DNA of 24,346 nucleotides from Alphaproteobacteria bacterium (GTDB lineage Bacteria; Pseudomonadota; Alphaproteobacteria; Paracaedibacterales; JBAWWF01): NCBI GenBank assembly GCA_037146895.1, contig JBAWWF010000001.1, positions 1 to 24,346 of the forward strand, read 5' to 3'. Shown piece by piece: positions 14,993 to 24,346 of this stretch (position 1 is its first letter; each line of letters starts with the position of its first letter). The notes under the pieces were generated by a model. It saw only the letters and a program-made list of their open reading frames with translations, ran no database searches and was not told where the DNA came from. The position numbers and the translations under genes were made by a program.

Positions 14993-16771
14993 TTATACAG
15001 CAATAGGGTGGGTTGATTGGGCTTGCCATAGCCGTGCGTAAACACCATTCTGTTGCAACAGCTGCTGGTGGCTACCTTCCTCCACAATGCAACCATGATC
15101 AAGTACATAAATTGTGTCCGCTTCCACAACAGTTGATAGGCGATGGGCAACCATAACAGTTGTTCGTCCTTGCATGAGGACCTTGAGGGCCGCCTGAACT
15201 TGCCGCTCTGAGTCAGTATCCAATGCTGATGTGGCCTCATCCAGCAATAAAATCGGTGCATTTTTTAACATGGCGCGGGCAATAGCTAAGCGTTGGCGTT
15301 GCCCCCCAGAAAGCTTAACGCCATTTTCGCCAACGATTGTGTCGTACTTTTGTGGAAAACGCTGGATAAACTCATCAGCCGCTGCGGCACAGGATGCGGC
15401 AAGAATATCAGCTTCGTTTGCGCGTGCGTTACCATAGGCAATATTGTTGTGAATGGTATCATCAAAGAGGATAACCTCCTGGCTAACGAGGGCAATTTGG
15501 GAACGTAAGGTTTGAATAGTCACCGTCGTGATATCTATATCATCAATGCGAATCGTTCCCTCGCTAGAATCATAGAAGCGGGCGATAAGATTAATCAGTG
15601 TCGATTTACCGGCACCGCTGGGCCCTACCAGTGCTACGGTTTTTCCTGCCGGAATGGTGAGATTGATACCTTTTATGGCTTTACGACCGTTGGGATAAGC
15701 AAAGGTAACGTTATCAAAAACTAAGTGCTGCTTGATGGGGGCTATTTCACGTGCATCAATGGGATCTCTGATGGTTGGCACTGTATCAATAATACGGAAA
15801 ACACGAGTTGCTGCGGCCAAGCCTTCTTGTAGGTTGGCATTCAAATTGCTGAGGCGTTTCAGTGGCTCATAGACTAGGAGAAGGGCAAGGATAAAAGAGA
15901 GAAACTCACCTGTGGTACGTGACTCATGCATTACCTGCCAGCCGCCATAACCAATGACGCCCATGATAGCAAAGCCACCAAGGCTTTCAATGATGGGATG
16001 GCTTGCGGAACGAATACGGGAAGATTTATAAATTAATGCAAAGAGGCGCTCAATGAGATCTCTAGCCTTTTGCGCTTCATACGCTTCCATACCATACGCC
16101 TTAACAACACGCATACCTTGGAAGACCTGGGAAAGCTGTGAGGTAAAGGTGCTCATCTCAGCTTGCGTGCTTCCAGCCACATGGCGCATGCGGCGGCCAA
16201 TCTTAGCAATCGGTAGAATCGCTATGGGAAACACCAGAAAAGCAATGGACGCCAATACCCAGTCGCGATTGAACATCAGGCCAATCAAGAACACAGTGGT
16301 CACAGCATCCTTGCCAATCCCAACTAATGCAGTGGCAACAGCATTGCGCATTTGGTTGATATCGTTGGTGAAGTAGGAAATCAGATCCCCCGATGTTGTG
16401 CCGTGAAAAAATGCAAGATCGGCAGTCATTAAATGCTGGAAAAGGCGGTTTTGCACATCAGAGATGATACGCTGCCCGACATAGGTCATGGTGACGGCTT
16501 CACCATAGGATGCGGCCCCTTTCAGGAGAAATGCTAACAGAACTGCCCCACAGAAAGCAGCAAGCAGGGCGGGATTGCCTGAAGTAAAGACATCGTCGAA
16601 AACAGGCTTAAGTAAATAAGGAAGTGCTGTTGTTGCAGCAGCTGCTAGAACCATAAAAATAAGAGCAACACCAAACCGACAGCGATAGATTATGACATGT
16701 TCACGAATTAAACGCGTGGCTAACCCACGGGTCTCAGCATCAAAAAAAAGACGATAAATTGCTTTGCGCAT
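14993..16771 (-). CDS. msbA: MsbA-like lipid A/phospholipid ABC exporter
   Basis: Six-transmembrane N-terminal domain plus GPSGAGKST, LSGGQRQRLAIARA, LLLDEATSALD. Linked to DUF374. Confidence 0.85.
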   Translation of the reverse strand: MRKAIYRLFFDAETRGLATRLIREHVIIYRCRFGVALIFMVLAAAATTALPYLLKPVFDDVFTSGNPALLAAFCGAVLLAFLLKGAASYGEAVTMTYVGQRIISDVQNRLFQHLMTADLAFFHGTTSGDLISYFTNDINQMRNAVATALVGIGKDAVTTVFLIGLMFNRDWVLASIAFLVFPIAILPIAKIGRRMRHVAGSTQAEMSTFTSQLSQVFQGMRVVKAYGMEAYEAQKARDLIERLFALIYKSSRIRSASHPIIESLGGFAIMGVIGYGGWQVMHESRTTGEFLSFILALLLVYEPLKRLSNLNANLQEGLAAATRVFRIIDTVPTIRDPIDAREIAPIKQHLVFDNVTFAYPNGRKAIKGINLTIPAGKTVALVGPSGAGKSTLINLIARFYDSSEGTIRIDDIDITTVTIQTLRSQIALVSQEVILFDDTIHNNIAYGNARANEADILAASCAAAADEFIQRFPQKYDTIVGENGVKLSGGQRQRLAIARAMLKNAPILLLDEATSALDTDSERQVQAALKVLMQGRTTVMVAHRLSTVVEADTIYVLDHGCIVEEGSHQQLLQQNGVYARLWQAQSTHPIAV

Positions 16772-16844
16772 TGCCTAAATAAAAACTAAAACTCACTATC
16801 TAGCCATCTCCCGCTTTAACGAGGTGTGACAAGATAGTTAATTA

Positions 16845-17720
16845 CTACCGCGTTGAGATCATAATACCAAAAAAAACGGCAATACCTAGTATAATATTGA
16901 TCTTAAAGAAACGTAGGCAGTCGGCATCATCATCCAGGTTGAGTTGGTATAATCGCCACAGCATAAAATTAATAACCCCAAGGATTAGCAAATAATAGTA
17001 CATGCGCAGATTGGCGACTAATCCTGCGGCCATTAAACAAGAAAAACTTATCCAATAAAAAAGCAAAATGTTTTTCTTCAAATCTTGGGGCTCCCATGAC
17101 AATGCAAGAGAATTCATGCCCAGCTCTTGGTCGTATTTTCGATCAGGAAATGCATAAATTGTGTCATAGGCAAGCGTCCAAAAAACCCCAGCAGTGTAAA
17201 GTAATAAGCAAGCGATAAGTGTTGTAAAACGAGGCTGGATGGTGGCCCAGGCAACTAAAACTCCGCTATTAAATGCTAGCCCTAGAACTACTTGAGGCCA
17301 ACGCATAAACCGCTTACTGAAAGGATACGCAACGGCAAGGATTAGGGCCACAATGCTAAAGGTGCGACCCAATGGGGGGAGTTGCCACCAGATAGCTAAT
17401 CCCAAAAGGCAAGCAATCGCAAAAACTAGCAAAGCTTGCGTGTGTGAAAGGGCTTTGGTAGCCAAAGGGCGCGACTGAGTTCGTTTAACATAAGGGTCGA
17501 TATCGGCATCGGCCCAATCATTAAATGCACAGCCGGCACTGCGCATCACGATAGCACCCAGGCCGAACACAATGAACCATCCGATGGTTGCCATAAAACT
17601 TGCCTTGGCTAAGGCCACACCCCAATAGCAGGGTAATGCAAGAAACCCAACAGCAATGGGACGATCCAGGCGTACCAATTCAATGTAAGGCTGAAGAGTC
17701 GATCTATCTAGAATTGCCAT
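16845..17720 (-). CDS. ubiA: 4-hydroxybenzoate polyprenyltransferase
   Basis: RLDRPI, RSAGCAFNDWADADID...RTQSRPLA, YPFSKRF, WTLAYDTIYA. Confidence 0.93.
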   Translation of the reverse strand: MAILDRSTLQPYIELVRLDRPIAVGFLALPCYWGVALAKASFMATIGWFIVFGLGAIVMRSAGCAFNDWADADIDPYVKRTQSRPLATKALSHTQALLVFAIACLLGLAIWWQLPPLGRTFSIVALILAVAYPFSKRFMRWPQVVLGLAFNSGVLVAWATIQPRFTTLIACLLLYTAGVFWTLAYDTIYAFPDRKYDQELGMNSLALSWEPQDLKKNILLFYWISFSCLMAAGLVANLRMYYYLLILGVINFMLWRLYQLNLDDDADCLRFFKINIILGIAVFFGIMISTR

Positions 17721-17782
17721 AGGTCACCCCTACCTTAACCTTTTATGCGCAGATTATACATCATTCTGCGCTCAACAACACT

Positions 17783-19606
17783 CTATTCAACGGTTACAGA
17801 TTTTGCAAGATTGCGTGGCTGATCAACGTCCGTTCCTTTAATGACAGCTACGTGATATGCAAGCAATTGCAATGGTATGCTGTAAAGAATGCTTGTTACC
17901 AGCGGACTTGGGGACTTTGGCAAAATCATGATCTCTCCTCCGCTCTCTACAACAGATGCGAATAAAGGAGCGCCAGGTTCATCTGTTAACACAAGCAAAT
18001 TGCCGCCACGGGCTAAGATTTCTTGGATATTGGAAGCTGTTTTAGTACACCATTCATTTGTTGGGCACAAAACAATAACAGGAACCTGTGGGTCAACAAG
18101 CGCAATAGGTCCATGCTTTAACTCACCGGCAGGATAACCTTGAGCATGGATATAAGATACCTCTTTCAACTTTAAAGCACCTTCAAGAGCCAAAGGGTAC
18201 ATTGGCCCACGTCCTAAATACATAACATTTTGAGCTTTTTCGATTTTACGTGCCAGCTTCTTGATGGTTTGATCATGATCGAGAACATACTGCATCCACG
18301 TTGGTAAGCTTGTTAGTTCTGAAATGTTGGCTGCCAATTCCGTATCGTCTAAGAACCCCCTTTGGTGGGCGGCAGTTAGTGCCAAGCACCCCATTGTTAG
18401 TAATTGCGTTGTGAATCCCTTGGTAGAAGTCACGCTAATTTCAGGCCCAGCTAATGTGTGAATAGCATGTTGGGCGAGGCGTGCAATGGAGCTTTCAGGG
18501 ACATTGACAATGGCCAGCGTAAGCTGTTCGTTCGCTTTTGCTAGTTGGAGAGCAGCCAGCGTATCAATAGTTTCGCCTGATTGCGAAATAAAAATACACA
18601 AACCATTGTCGCTCCATACCGGATCACGATAGCGAAACTCTGAAGCAATATCTACATCGACAGGAATACGTGCTAGTTTTTCAAACCAATATTTTGCAAC
18701 CATTGCGGCATAGAAAGATGCGCCACAAGCAATGCTCGTGCATCGTTCAAGCGATTCCCAGGGGATATCTAAATCGGTCGTTAGCAATGGATCAATAAAA
18801 CTTTGCAGCGTATCGGCGATAGCTGTTGGCTGCTCAAAGATTTCTTTCAACATATAGTGACGGTAAGGTCCCTTTGCTAATGACTCAGCTGTCAGTGCTA
18901 TCTTTTTAATAGGCCGTATAACCGGCGCGCCTTTGCTTGAATAAATCTTAACATCTGTCAGTGTGACAACGGCATAGTCACCCTCTTCTAAATAGCAAAT
19001 ATCCTTGGTCCACAGAGCGAGGGCAAGCGCATCGGAGCCTATGCTTATTTCCCCTTGGCCATAACCAATAGCCAAAGGACTGCCACGACGCGCAACAATC
19101 ATTAAGTCAGGGAAATCAACAAAAATAATCGCTAAAGCAAAAGCACCTTTAAGCTCTTTTAAGGTTGCCTCAACGCTTGGCAAGGGCTCAAGACCGGTGC
19201 TCATATGATCAGCAATAAGATGTGCGATAACCTCTGTATCGGTTTGACTTAGGAATTCGTGGCCCTTATCTATGAGCCTTTGTTTGATCCCTTGATAATT
19301 CTCGATAATACCATTGTGTACAATAGCAACACGCTCATTTATATGCGGGTGGGCATTGATTTCATTAGCGATGCCATGGGTAGCCCACCTAGTGTGACCA
19401 ATGCCAATGTTGCCACTAATCGGTTCTTCAGCAATAAGCTTCTTTAGGTTGATTAATTTACCTTTAGCGCGCCGCCGTTCTAATCGGCCATCAGTAATGG
19501 TTGCGATACCCGCTGAATCATAGCCGCGGTATTCAAGACGTTGCAAGCCCTCAAGCAGACGGGATGCTACAGGGTTTGCGCTAATAATTCCAACAATTCC
19601 ACACAT
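17783..19606 (-). CDS. glmS: Glutamine-fructose-6-phosphate transaminase (isomerizing)
   Basis: MCGIVG, LEYRGYDSAG, GHTRWATHG, SQSGET, ELKHGPIAL, DQPRNLAKSVTVE. Confidence 0.97.
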   Translation of the reverse strand: MCGIVGIISANPVASRLLEGLQRLEYRGYDSAGIATITDGRLERRRAKGKLINLKKLIAEEPISGNIGIGHTRWATHGIANEINAHPHINERVAIVHNGIIENYQGIKQRLIDKGHEFLSQTDTEVIAHLIADHMSTGLEPLPSVEATLKELKGAFALAIIFVDFPDLMIVARRGSPLAIGYGQGEISIGSDALALALWTKDICYLEEGDYAVVTLTDVKIYSSKGAPVIRPIKKIALTAESLAKGPYRHYMLKEIFEQPTAIADTLQSFIDPLLTTDLDIPWESLERCTSIACGASFYAAMVAKYWFEKLARIPVDVDIASEFRYRDPVWSDNGLCIFISQSGETIDTLAALQLAKANEQLTLAIVNVPESSIARLAQHAIHTLAGPEISVTSTKGFTTQLLTMGCLALTAAHQRGFLDDTELAANISELTSLPTWMQYVLDHDQTIKKLARKIEKAQNVMYLGRGPMYPLALEGALKLKEVSYIHAQGYPAGELKHGPIALVDPQVPVIVLCPTNEWCTKTASNIQEILARGGNLLVLTDEPGAPLFASVVESGGEIMILPKSPSPLVTSILYSIPLQLLAYHVAVIKGTDVDQPRNLAKSVTVE

Positions 19607-20935
19607 TTATTTTTTCATCCTTAGTTGTTTTTCACGAAAGTTTTTGCTCCATTTCGGTTTGTTAAGCTGGGGTTCACGGGCAATAGCTAAAGCCTCTGCG
19701 GGGACGTGCCTGTCGATAACGCTCCCCGCAGCGATTATAACATCGTCTTCAATATGTACGGGTGCGATCAATGTTGTATGCGAGCCAACAAAAACTCGAT
19801 CACCGATAATCGTCGTTGCCTTATTGAAACCATCATAATTGCAGTTAATGGTCCCAGCCCCAATATTGCTGTTCTCACCAATAACCATATCCCCAAGGTA
19901 GCTCAAATGTTTGGCTTTAGACCCGGCCGCCATAGTTGTATGTTTGACCTCAACGAAATTACCCACATTCGTTCGCTGCGCCAGTTTATTGCCGCCACGT
20001 AAATGTGCAAAAGGTCCTACCGTAGCATCTTCACCAATTTCAGAGTCTTCAATATGACAGAAAGAAAGGATATGGGAGTTCGCACGGATATGGACTCCAG
20101 GACCAAAGGTAACATAAGGTTCAATCGTGACGTTGGCTTCTAGTTTCGTATCGTGACAAAAGAAAACACTAGCTGGGTCGATCAAGATAACGCCCTGGTC
20201 TAACCAGTATCTCCGCCAGCGATTCTGTATGATACCAGCTGCTGCTGCTAACTCAGCTTGCGTATTGATACCACAGAATTCCTCCGCGTCGCCTTCAATC
20301 ACATATATGGGAATGTCTTGTTTATGCGCCAGAGCAACACAGTCCGTAAGGTAGTATTCCTGTGCTTGGTTATTAGGTTGGAGCTGATGTATCAGCTGGC
20401 GAAGTACGTGCACGGGCCCTAGCAATGCTCCGCTATTACACAAAGAAGTCTGTTGTTCCTCAGGGCTAGCTTCCTTATCCTCAATGATCCGTTCGACTTG
20501 GCCCTGTTCGTTAATCAAGATGCGTCCGTACGAATGGGTACCTTTGGGGTGCATGCCCACAATGACAAGCGCAGGAGAGGGGAGCTTACGGTAATAATCC
20601 ATAATCGTTTGCAGAGAGCTACTTTGAACTAATGGCGCATCGCCACATAAGACCAGAATATCACCATCCTGTTCAGGGATTGTTTCAAGTGCCGCGCGGA
20701 CTGCATCGCCTGTGCCGTGGGGTTTCTCTTGAATTACCCATGAGTGGTCCATAAACTCACCTTGCTCAAGAGCAGGAGAGGCAACAACACAGCAACGCTT
20801 TGGGTTGAGGGCTTTAGCGGCTTGCAGAGAATAATGCAGAAGCGGACGTCCGCCCAATGGATGCATTACTTTCGGCAAGCGAGAGCACATGCGCGATCCT
20901 TGACCAGCAGCGAGAACAACAACCGTTAGCATCAT
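19607..20935 (-). CDS. glmU: Bifunctional UDP-GlcNAc pyrophosphorylase / glucosamine-1-P acetyltransferase
   Basis: LAAGQGSRMCSRLPKVMH, GTGDAV, EYYLTD, GPFAHLR, GNFVEVK, HLSYLGD, NYDG. Its TAA abuts the glmS ATG. Confidence 0.97.
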   Translation of the reverse strand: MMLTVVVLAAGQGSRMCSRLPKVMHPLGGRPLLHYSLQAAKALNPKRCCVVASPALEQGEFMDHSWVIQEKPHGTGDAVRAALETIPEQDGDILVLCGDAPLVQSSSLQTIMDYYRKLPSPALVIVGMHPKGTHSYGRILINEQGQVERIIEDKEASPEEQQTSLCNSGALLGPVHVLRQLIHQLQPNNQAQEYYLTDCVALAHKQDIPIYVIEGDAEEFCGINTQAELAAAAGIIQNRWRRYWLDQGVILIDPASVFFCHDTKLEANVTIEPYVTFGPGVHIRANSHILSFCHIEDSEIGEDATVGPFAHLRGGNKLAQRTNVGNFVEVKHTTMAAGSKAKHLSYLGDMVIGENSNIGAGTINCNYDGFNKATTIIGDRVFVGSHTTLIAPVHIEDDVIIAAGSVIDRHVPAEALAIAREPQLNKPKWSKNFREKQLRMKK

Positions 20936-21056
20936 CTTTATATCCTGGTGACAACCTTACCTATAAACAAGATAGCTGAATAGTGAGCAGGAATTCAGAT
21001 AAAAATAATGACGAAAAGTTTCGCAGATCAAAAAGACTTGTAATTACTCAGAATAT

Positions 21057-21632
21057 TTACAAAGACGTTTCGTTGCTATGCCATAAACGGCAAATATTAG
21101 TACGATGCGTCCATAATAAGAACCCCCACAAACCAGCCATGTAAAGGGCTGCGGCTGGCGAATAAAAGAACCATGCCCATAATGGTGCCGTTGCGAAAGC
21201 AATGAGGGCTGCGAGAGAGGAGGTTTTACTCAACACTGCGACAAGCAACCATAGGAGTGCGACGCCACTACCGACAATGGGAAACCCAGCCAATAATGCA
21301 CCAAGGGATGTGGCAACGCCCTTGCCGCCGTTAAACTTTAACCATACAGGGAAAACGTGTCCTACAACCACTGCGGCTAATAAAAGCCGTGGGTCTGTTT
21401 CGGGAAATAAATAGAAAGGCAAAGCACCTTTCAAAACATCTCCTAGCAAAGTTAGAAATGCTAGGGTCTTGCCAAGATTACGATAAACATTGGTTGCGCC
21501 GATGTTGCCTGATCCTTGGGTGCGGATGTCCTTGCCACCAAAAACCAGGCTAAGGATATACCCAAATGGGATTGAGCCGATGGTATAGGTGATCAAAAGA
21601 GCGAATAACGGAAAATGTATCATAGATAGCAT
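21057..21632 (-). CDS. plsY: Glycerol-3-phosphate acyltransferase PlsY
   Basis: GSIPFG, GSGNIGATNVYR, GHVFPVWLKFNGGKGVAT, THRTNI. Confidence 0.95.
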   Translation of the reverse strand: MLSMIHFPLFALLITYTIGSIPFGYILSLVFGGKDIRTQGSGNIGATNVYRNLGKTLAFLTLLGDVLKGALPFYLFPETDPRLLLAAVVVGHVFPVWLKFNGGKGVATSLGALLAGFPIVGSGVALLWLLVAVLSKTSSLAALIAFATAPLWAWFFYSPAAALYMAGLWGFLLWTHRTNICRLWHSNETSL

Positions 21633-21761
21633 AATAATAGACTTTCTCTCGGGATATGGAGTTGTTGCGTTTTTACTAAATAATTTCCTTAAGCTAGTGC
21701 CATTAGTATATAGTTTACGTAAACTTCGTCAAGTTACAGAAAAGGTAAGTGAGGCAAAACT

Positions 21762-23459
21762 ATGAGACTCCCAATCGGATATAGTGATTTCAAGCAAGTT
21801 ATTGATGAAAAATTTGATTTCGTCGATAAGACTCTGTTGATCCCAGAAATCATCGATGGTCCTCAAGTTGTGCTCATCACAAGACCACGTCGGTTTGGGA
21901 AAACGCTTAACATGTTGATGTTGCGCTACTTCTTTGCCGAAACTGTGCGGGGGCAGTCCACAAAAGGTTTGTTTGATAATTTGAAGGTTATGCAAAGCGG
22001 CGAGGCAGTCCTGAAGCATCAAGGACAATATCCCGTCATTTTTCTAAGCTTCAAGGACATCAAAGCAAGTAGTTTTGAGGAGGTTTATCAGAAAATTTAC
22101 GATACTATTACTGAGATGTATGGTGAATTCGCGTACCTACAAGATAGTCCTTCTCTCTCTAAGCAACAAAAAGATTTTTTCATAAGTGTTTTGGAACAAG
22201 AGGCCAGTCAGGCACAGCTGGAACGTTCCTTAAAAGTTCTCACCGACTACCTCTTTCAACATCATGGTGTGAAGCCCATTGTTTTGATTGACGAATACGA
22301 TACACCGATCCAATCTGGCTTCTTCGGTGGGTATTACAATGAAGCTATTGGCTTCTTTCGCGGCTTCTTTGGGGTTGCTTTGAAAGATAACCTCTCACTA
22401 TCTAAAGCCGTCATGACTGGAATCCTACGCGTCTCTCGCGAAAGCCTCTTTTCCGGTCTCAACAATATTAGTGCGCACTCCATTTTGCATTCCAAGTTCA
22501 GCTCGTTTTTTGGCTTTACCCAAGACGAGATCGATCAACTTCTCCTCAGGGCTGATCTCCAAGACAAAGCCTCTGACATTAAGCACTGGTACAATGGCTA
22601 TCAGATTGGCGACAGCGTTTTGTACAACCCTTGGTCCATCGTGAACTGTATCCAAAACGAAGGGGCACTTCAACCATTTTGGACAAACACTAGCGATAAT
22701 ATACTCCTTAAAGATCTGTTGCGTAAGTCAAGTGCTGACTTTAAGGCAGAGTTTGAGACTCTGCTAGGTGGAACTCCAGTCGAACGAGTCGTTGATGAAA
22801 ATTTCGTGTTCCCTGATCTAGAGGGCAATCGCGCATCGGCCCTTTGGAGCTTGATACTGATGACTGGATATTTGACGGTGCACGGTTGCGAATACACACA
22901 TAACGGTCCGTTATGCAAACTGACTATCCCCAATCAAGAGATCAGAGATCTGTATCAGAGTACCATTGAGCAATGGCTTGCCAATGGTTACGGCCCAGAA
23001 TGGTACAACAAGTTTATCAACCACTTGCTTAATGGCGAAATGGAAGATTTTACACAAGGGCTCCGTAAAATAATGGACCACACGGTGAGCTATCATGACA
23101 TCGCCAGCGAGCCCGAGCCATTCTACCATGGGATGATGATCGGCCTCACTGCGAGCCTTGCCGATCACAGAGACTACGAGTTGCGCTCGAATCGCGAGTC
23201 CGGTCGTGGACGCTATGACTATTTGATCATCGCCCGCGACCCAGCGAAGCTCAGTATTTTGCTGGAGTTCAAGCAGGTCAAGAAAGGTGCAAGCGAAACC
23301 TTAGAACAGTCAGCGCAAGAGGCGTTAACGCAAATTGATACCCAAGGTTACGTTGGCGAGCTCAAGCAGCGTGGCCTTAGCAAAATCCTCAAACTCGGTA
23401 TTGCCTTCAGCGGCAAACGCTTTGGATTAGTTCATGAAAGGGATATTTCGACTACTTGA
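21762..23459 (+). CDS. AAA-ATPase-like domain plus C-terminal PD-(D/E)XK nuclease domain protein
   Basis: LPIGYSDF, FVDKT, RPRRFGKT (Walker A), LIDEYD (Walker B), WYNGY, YNPWS, then SNRESGRGRYD...LLEFK. Confidence 0.9.
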   Translation: MRLPIGYSDFKQVIDEKFDFVDKTLLIPEIIDGPQVVLITRPRRFGKTLNMLMLRYFFAETVRGQSTKGLFDNLKVMQSGEAVLKHQGQYPVIFLSFKDIKASSFEEVYQKIYDTITEMYGEFAYLQDSPSLSKQQKDFFISVLEQEASQAQLERSLKVLTDYLFQHHGVKPIVLIDEYDTPIQSGFFGGYYNEAIGFFRGFFGVALKDNLSLSKAVMTGILRVSRESLFSGLNNISAHSILHSKFSSFFGFTQDEIDQLLLRADLQDKASDIKHWYNGYQIGDSVLYNPWSIVNCIQNEGALQPFWTNTSDNILLKDLLRKSSADFKAEFETLLGGTPVERVVDENFVFPDLEGNRASALWSLILMTGYLTVHGCEYTHNGPLCKLTIPNQEIRDLYQSTIEQWLANGYGPEWYNKFINHLLNGEMEDFTQGLRKIMDHTVSYHDIASEPEPFYHGMMIGLTASLADHRDYELRSNRESGRGRYDYLIIARDPAKLSILLEFKQVKKGASETLEQSAQEALTQIDTQGYVGELKQRGLSKILKLGIAFSGKRFGLVHERDISTT

Positions 23460-24346
23460 ACGTTGTTCTGGGTATTGAAACAAGCTGTGATGAAACAGCC
23501 GTAGCTATTGTTAATGACCAACGTCAGGTGCTGGCTCATTGTCTGCAAAGTCAGATTGCTGAGCACGAGCCCCACGGCGGCGTGGTCCCTGAAATTGCGG
23601 CCAGAGCGCATCTCCACTATCTGCCAAACATGATTACGCAAACTCTAGGCCAGGCGAATCTATCTTGGCAAGATATCACAGCAATCGCCGCAACAGCAGG
23701 TCCTGGGCTGATTGGTGGTATTTTAGTGGGGGCGATGACAGCCAAAGCAATTGCTGCTGCCTTGCAAAAGCCCTTCATTGCCGTTAATCACTTGGAGGGC
23801 CACGCGCTAACCGTGCGCTTAACCCACGCGATTGAATTTCCGTATCTTTTGTTGCTTGTGTCTGGTGGGCATACACAGTTCCTCATCGTCCGTGATGTGG
23901 GGCATTATGAGTTTTTAGGGGGAACTATCGATGATGCCGTGGGTGAGTCATTTGATAAAACTGCGCAGCTTTTAGGGTTAGAATACCCTGGTGGTCCTTT
24001 AATCGAAAAAATAGCACTTGCTGGCGATCCTAAACGCTTTCCTTTCCCGCGGCCGTTATTAGGCAAGGCCAGTTGTGATCTTTCCTTTTCGGGTCTAAAA
24101 ACAGCTGTGCGGATACAGGTTGCCAAAATGCCGACGCTTGATGCTCAAGATAAAGCTGATGTTGCCGCCAGTTTCCAAGAGGCAATTGCCGATTGTCTCA
24201 ATGATCGTGCTGCACGCGCGTTTGCCCTAGCTCTTGGCGTTAAGCAATTTGTTATGGCGGGTGGTGTTGCAGCCAACGCATATCTTCGTCAGCGGTTACA
24301 AAAGCTTTGCCAAGTACACGAGAAAGACTTTATCATTCCACCTGCG
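23456..24346 (+). CDS. tsaD: tRNA N6-threonylcarbamoyltransferase TsaD (partial, runs off the window; absent from the ORF track)
   Basis: TTG start at 23456 gives (M)NVVLGIETSCDETA, HGGVVPEIAARAH, AGPGLIG, NHLEGH, LLVSGGHT, DDAVGESFDK, YPGGP, SFSGLKT. Confidence 0.95.
   Translation, partial: MNVVLGIETSCDETAVAIVNDQRQVLAHCLQSQIAEHEPHGGVVPEIAARAHLHYLPNMITQTLGQANLSWQDITAIAATAGPGLIGGILVGAMTAKAIAAALQKPFIAVNHLEGHALTVRLTHAIEFPYLLLLVSGGHTQFLIVRDVGHYEFLGGTIDDAVGESFDKTAQLLGLEYPGGPLIEKIALAGDPKRFPFPRPLLGKASCDLSFSGLKTAVRIQVAKMPTLDAQDKADVAASFQEAIADCLNDRAARAFALALGVKQFVMAGGVAANAYLRQRLQKLCQVHEKDFIIPPA

Noticed and set aside
14720-15261. Short ORFs spanning palindrome copy C and the msbA 3' end
   Set aside because: They overlap real genes or the repeat, so there is no evidence for an in-frame palindrome insertion in a protein here.
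19600-19620. glmS ribozyme upstream of glmS
   Set aside because: The glmU stop directly abuts the glmS start, leaving no leader.
23432-24126. Minus-strand ORFs 23432-23641 and 23905-24126
   Set aside because: Antisense to the clearly recognisable tsaD.

Overview
Mostly housekeeping window from an alphaproteobacterium. The hemD-Mic60-like-hemY and msbA-DUF374 gene orders, the Cbp3-like chaperone, the RPE/REP-like palindromes and the Rpn and AAA-PD-(D/E)XK nucleases suggest a host-associated Holosporales/Rickettsiales-like lineage (inference). Core genes: DUF177, Cbp3-like chaperone, EamA transporter, rlmB, bcp, tRNA-CAT (probably Ile2), ettA, hemD, Mic60-like, hemY-like, DUF374, msbA-like, ubiA, glmS, glmU, plsY and a partial tsaD missed by the ORF track. 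The unusual material lies at about 2.2-8.3 kb. (1) One ORF fuses a PelX/GalE-like NDP-sugar epimerase to a PelA/GH114-GH166-like alpha-1,4-galactosaminidase through an internal signal-peptide-like segment, with two CtrA-type TTAA-N7-TTAA boxes upstream. (2) An orphan, motif-degenerate LuxI-fold gene has a repeated operator-like motif upstream. (3) A 253-bp nested palindromic element has perfect 41-bp inverted ends. (4) A 529-aa protein has an unknown N-terminus and a C-terminal NADAR domain, plus a possible frameshifted signal peptide and an exact 18-bp internal duplication. All family calls come from motif recognition by eye; no searches were run.
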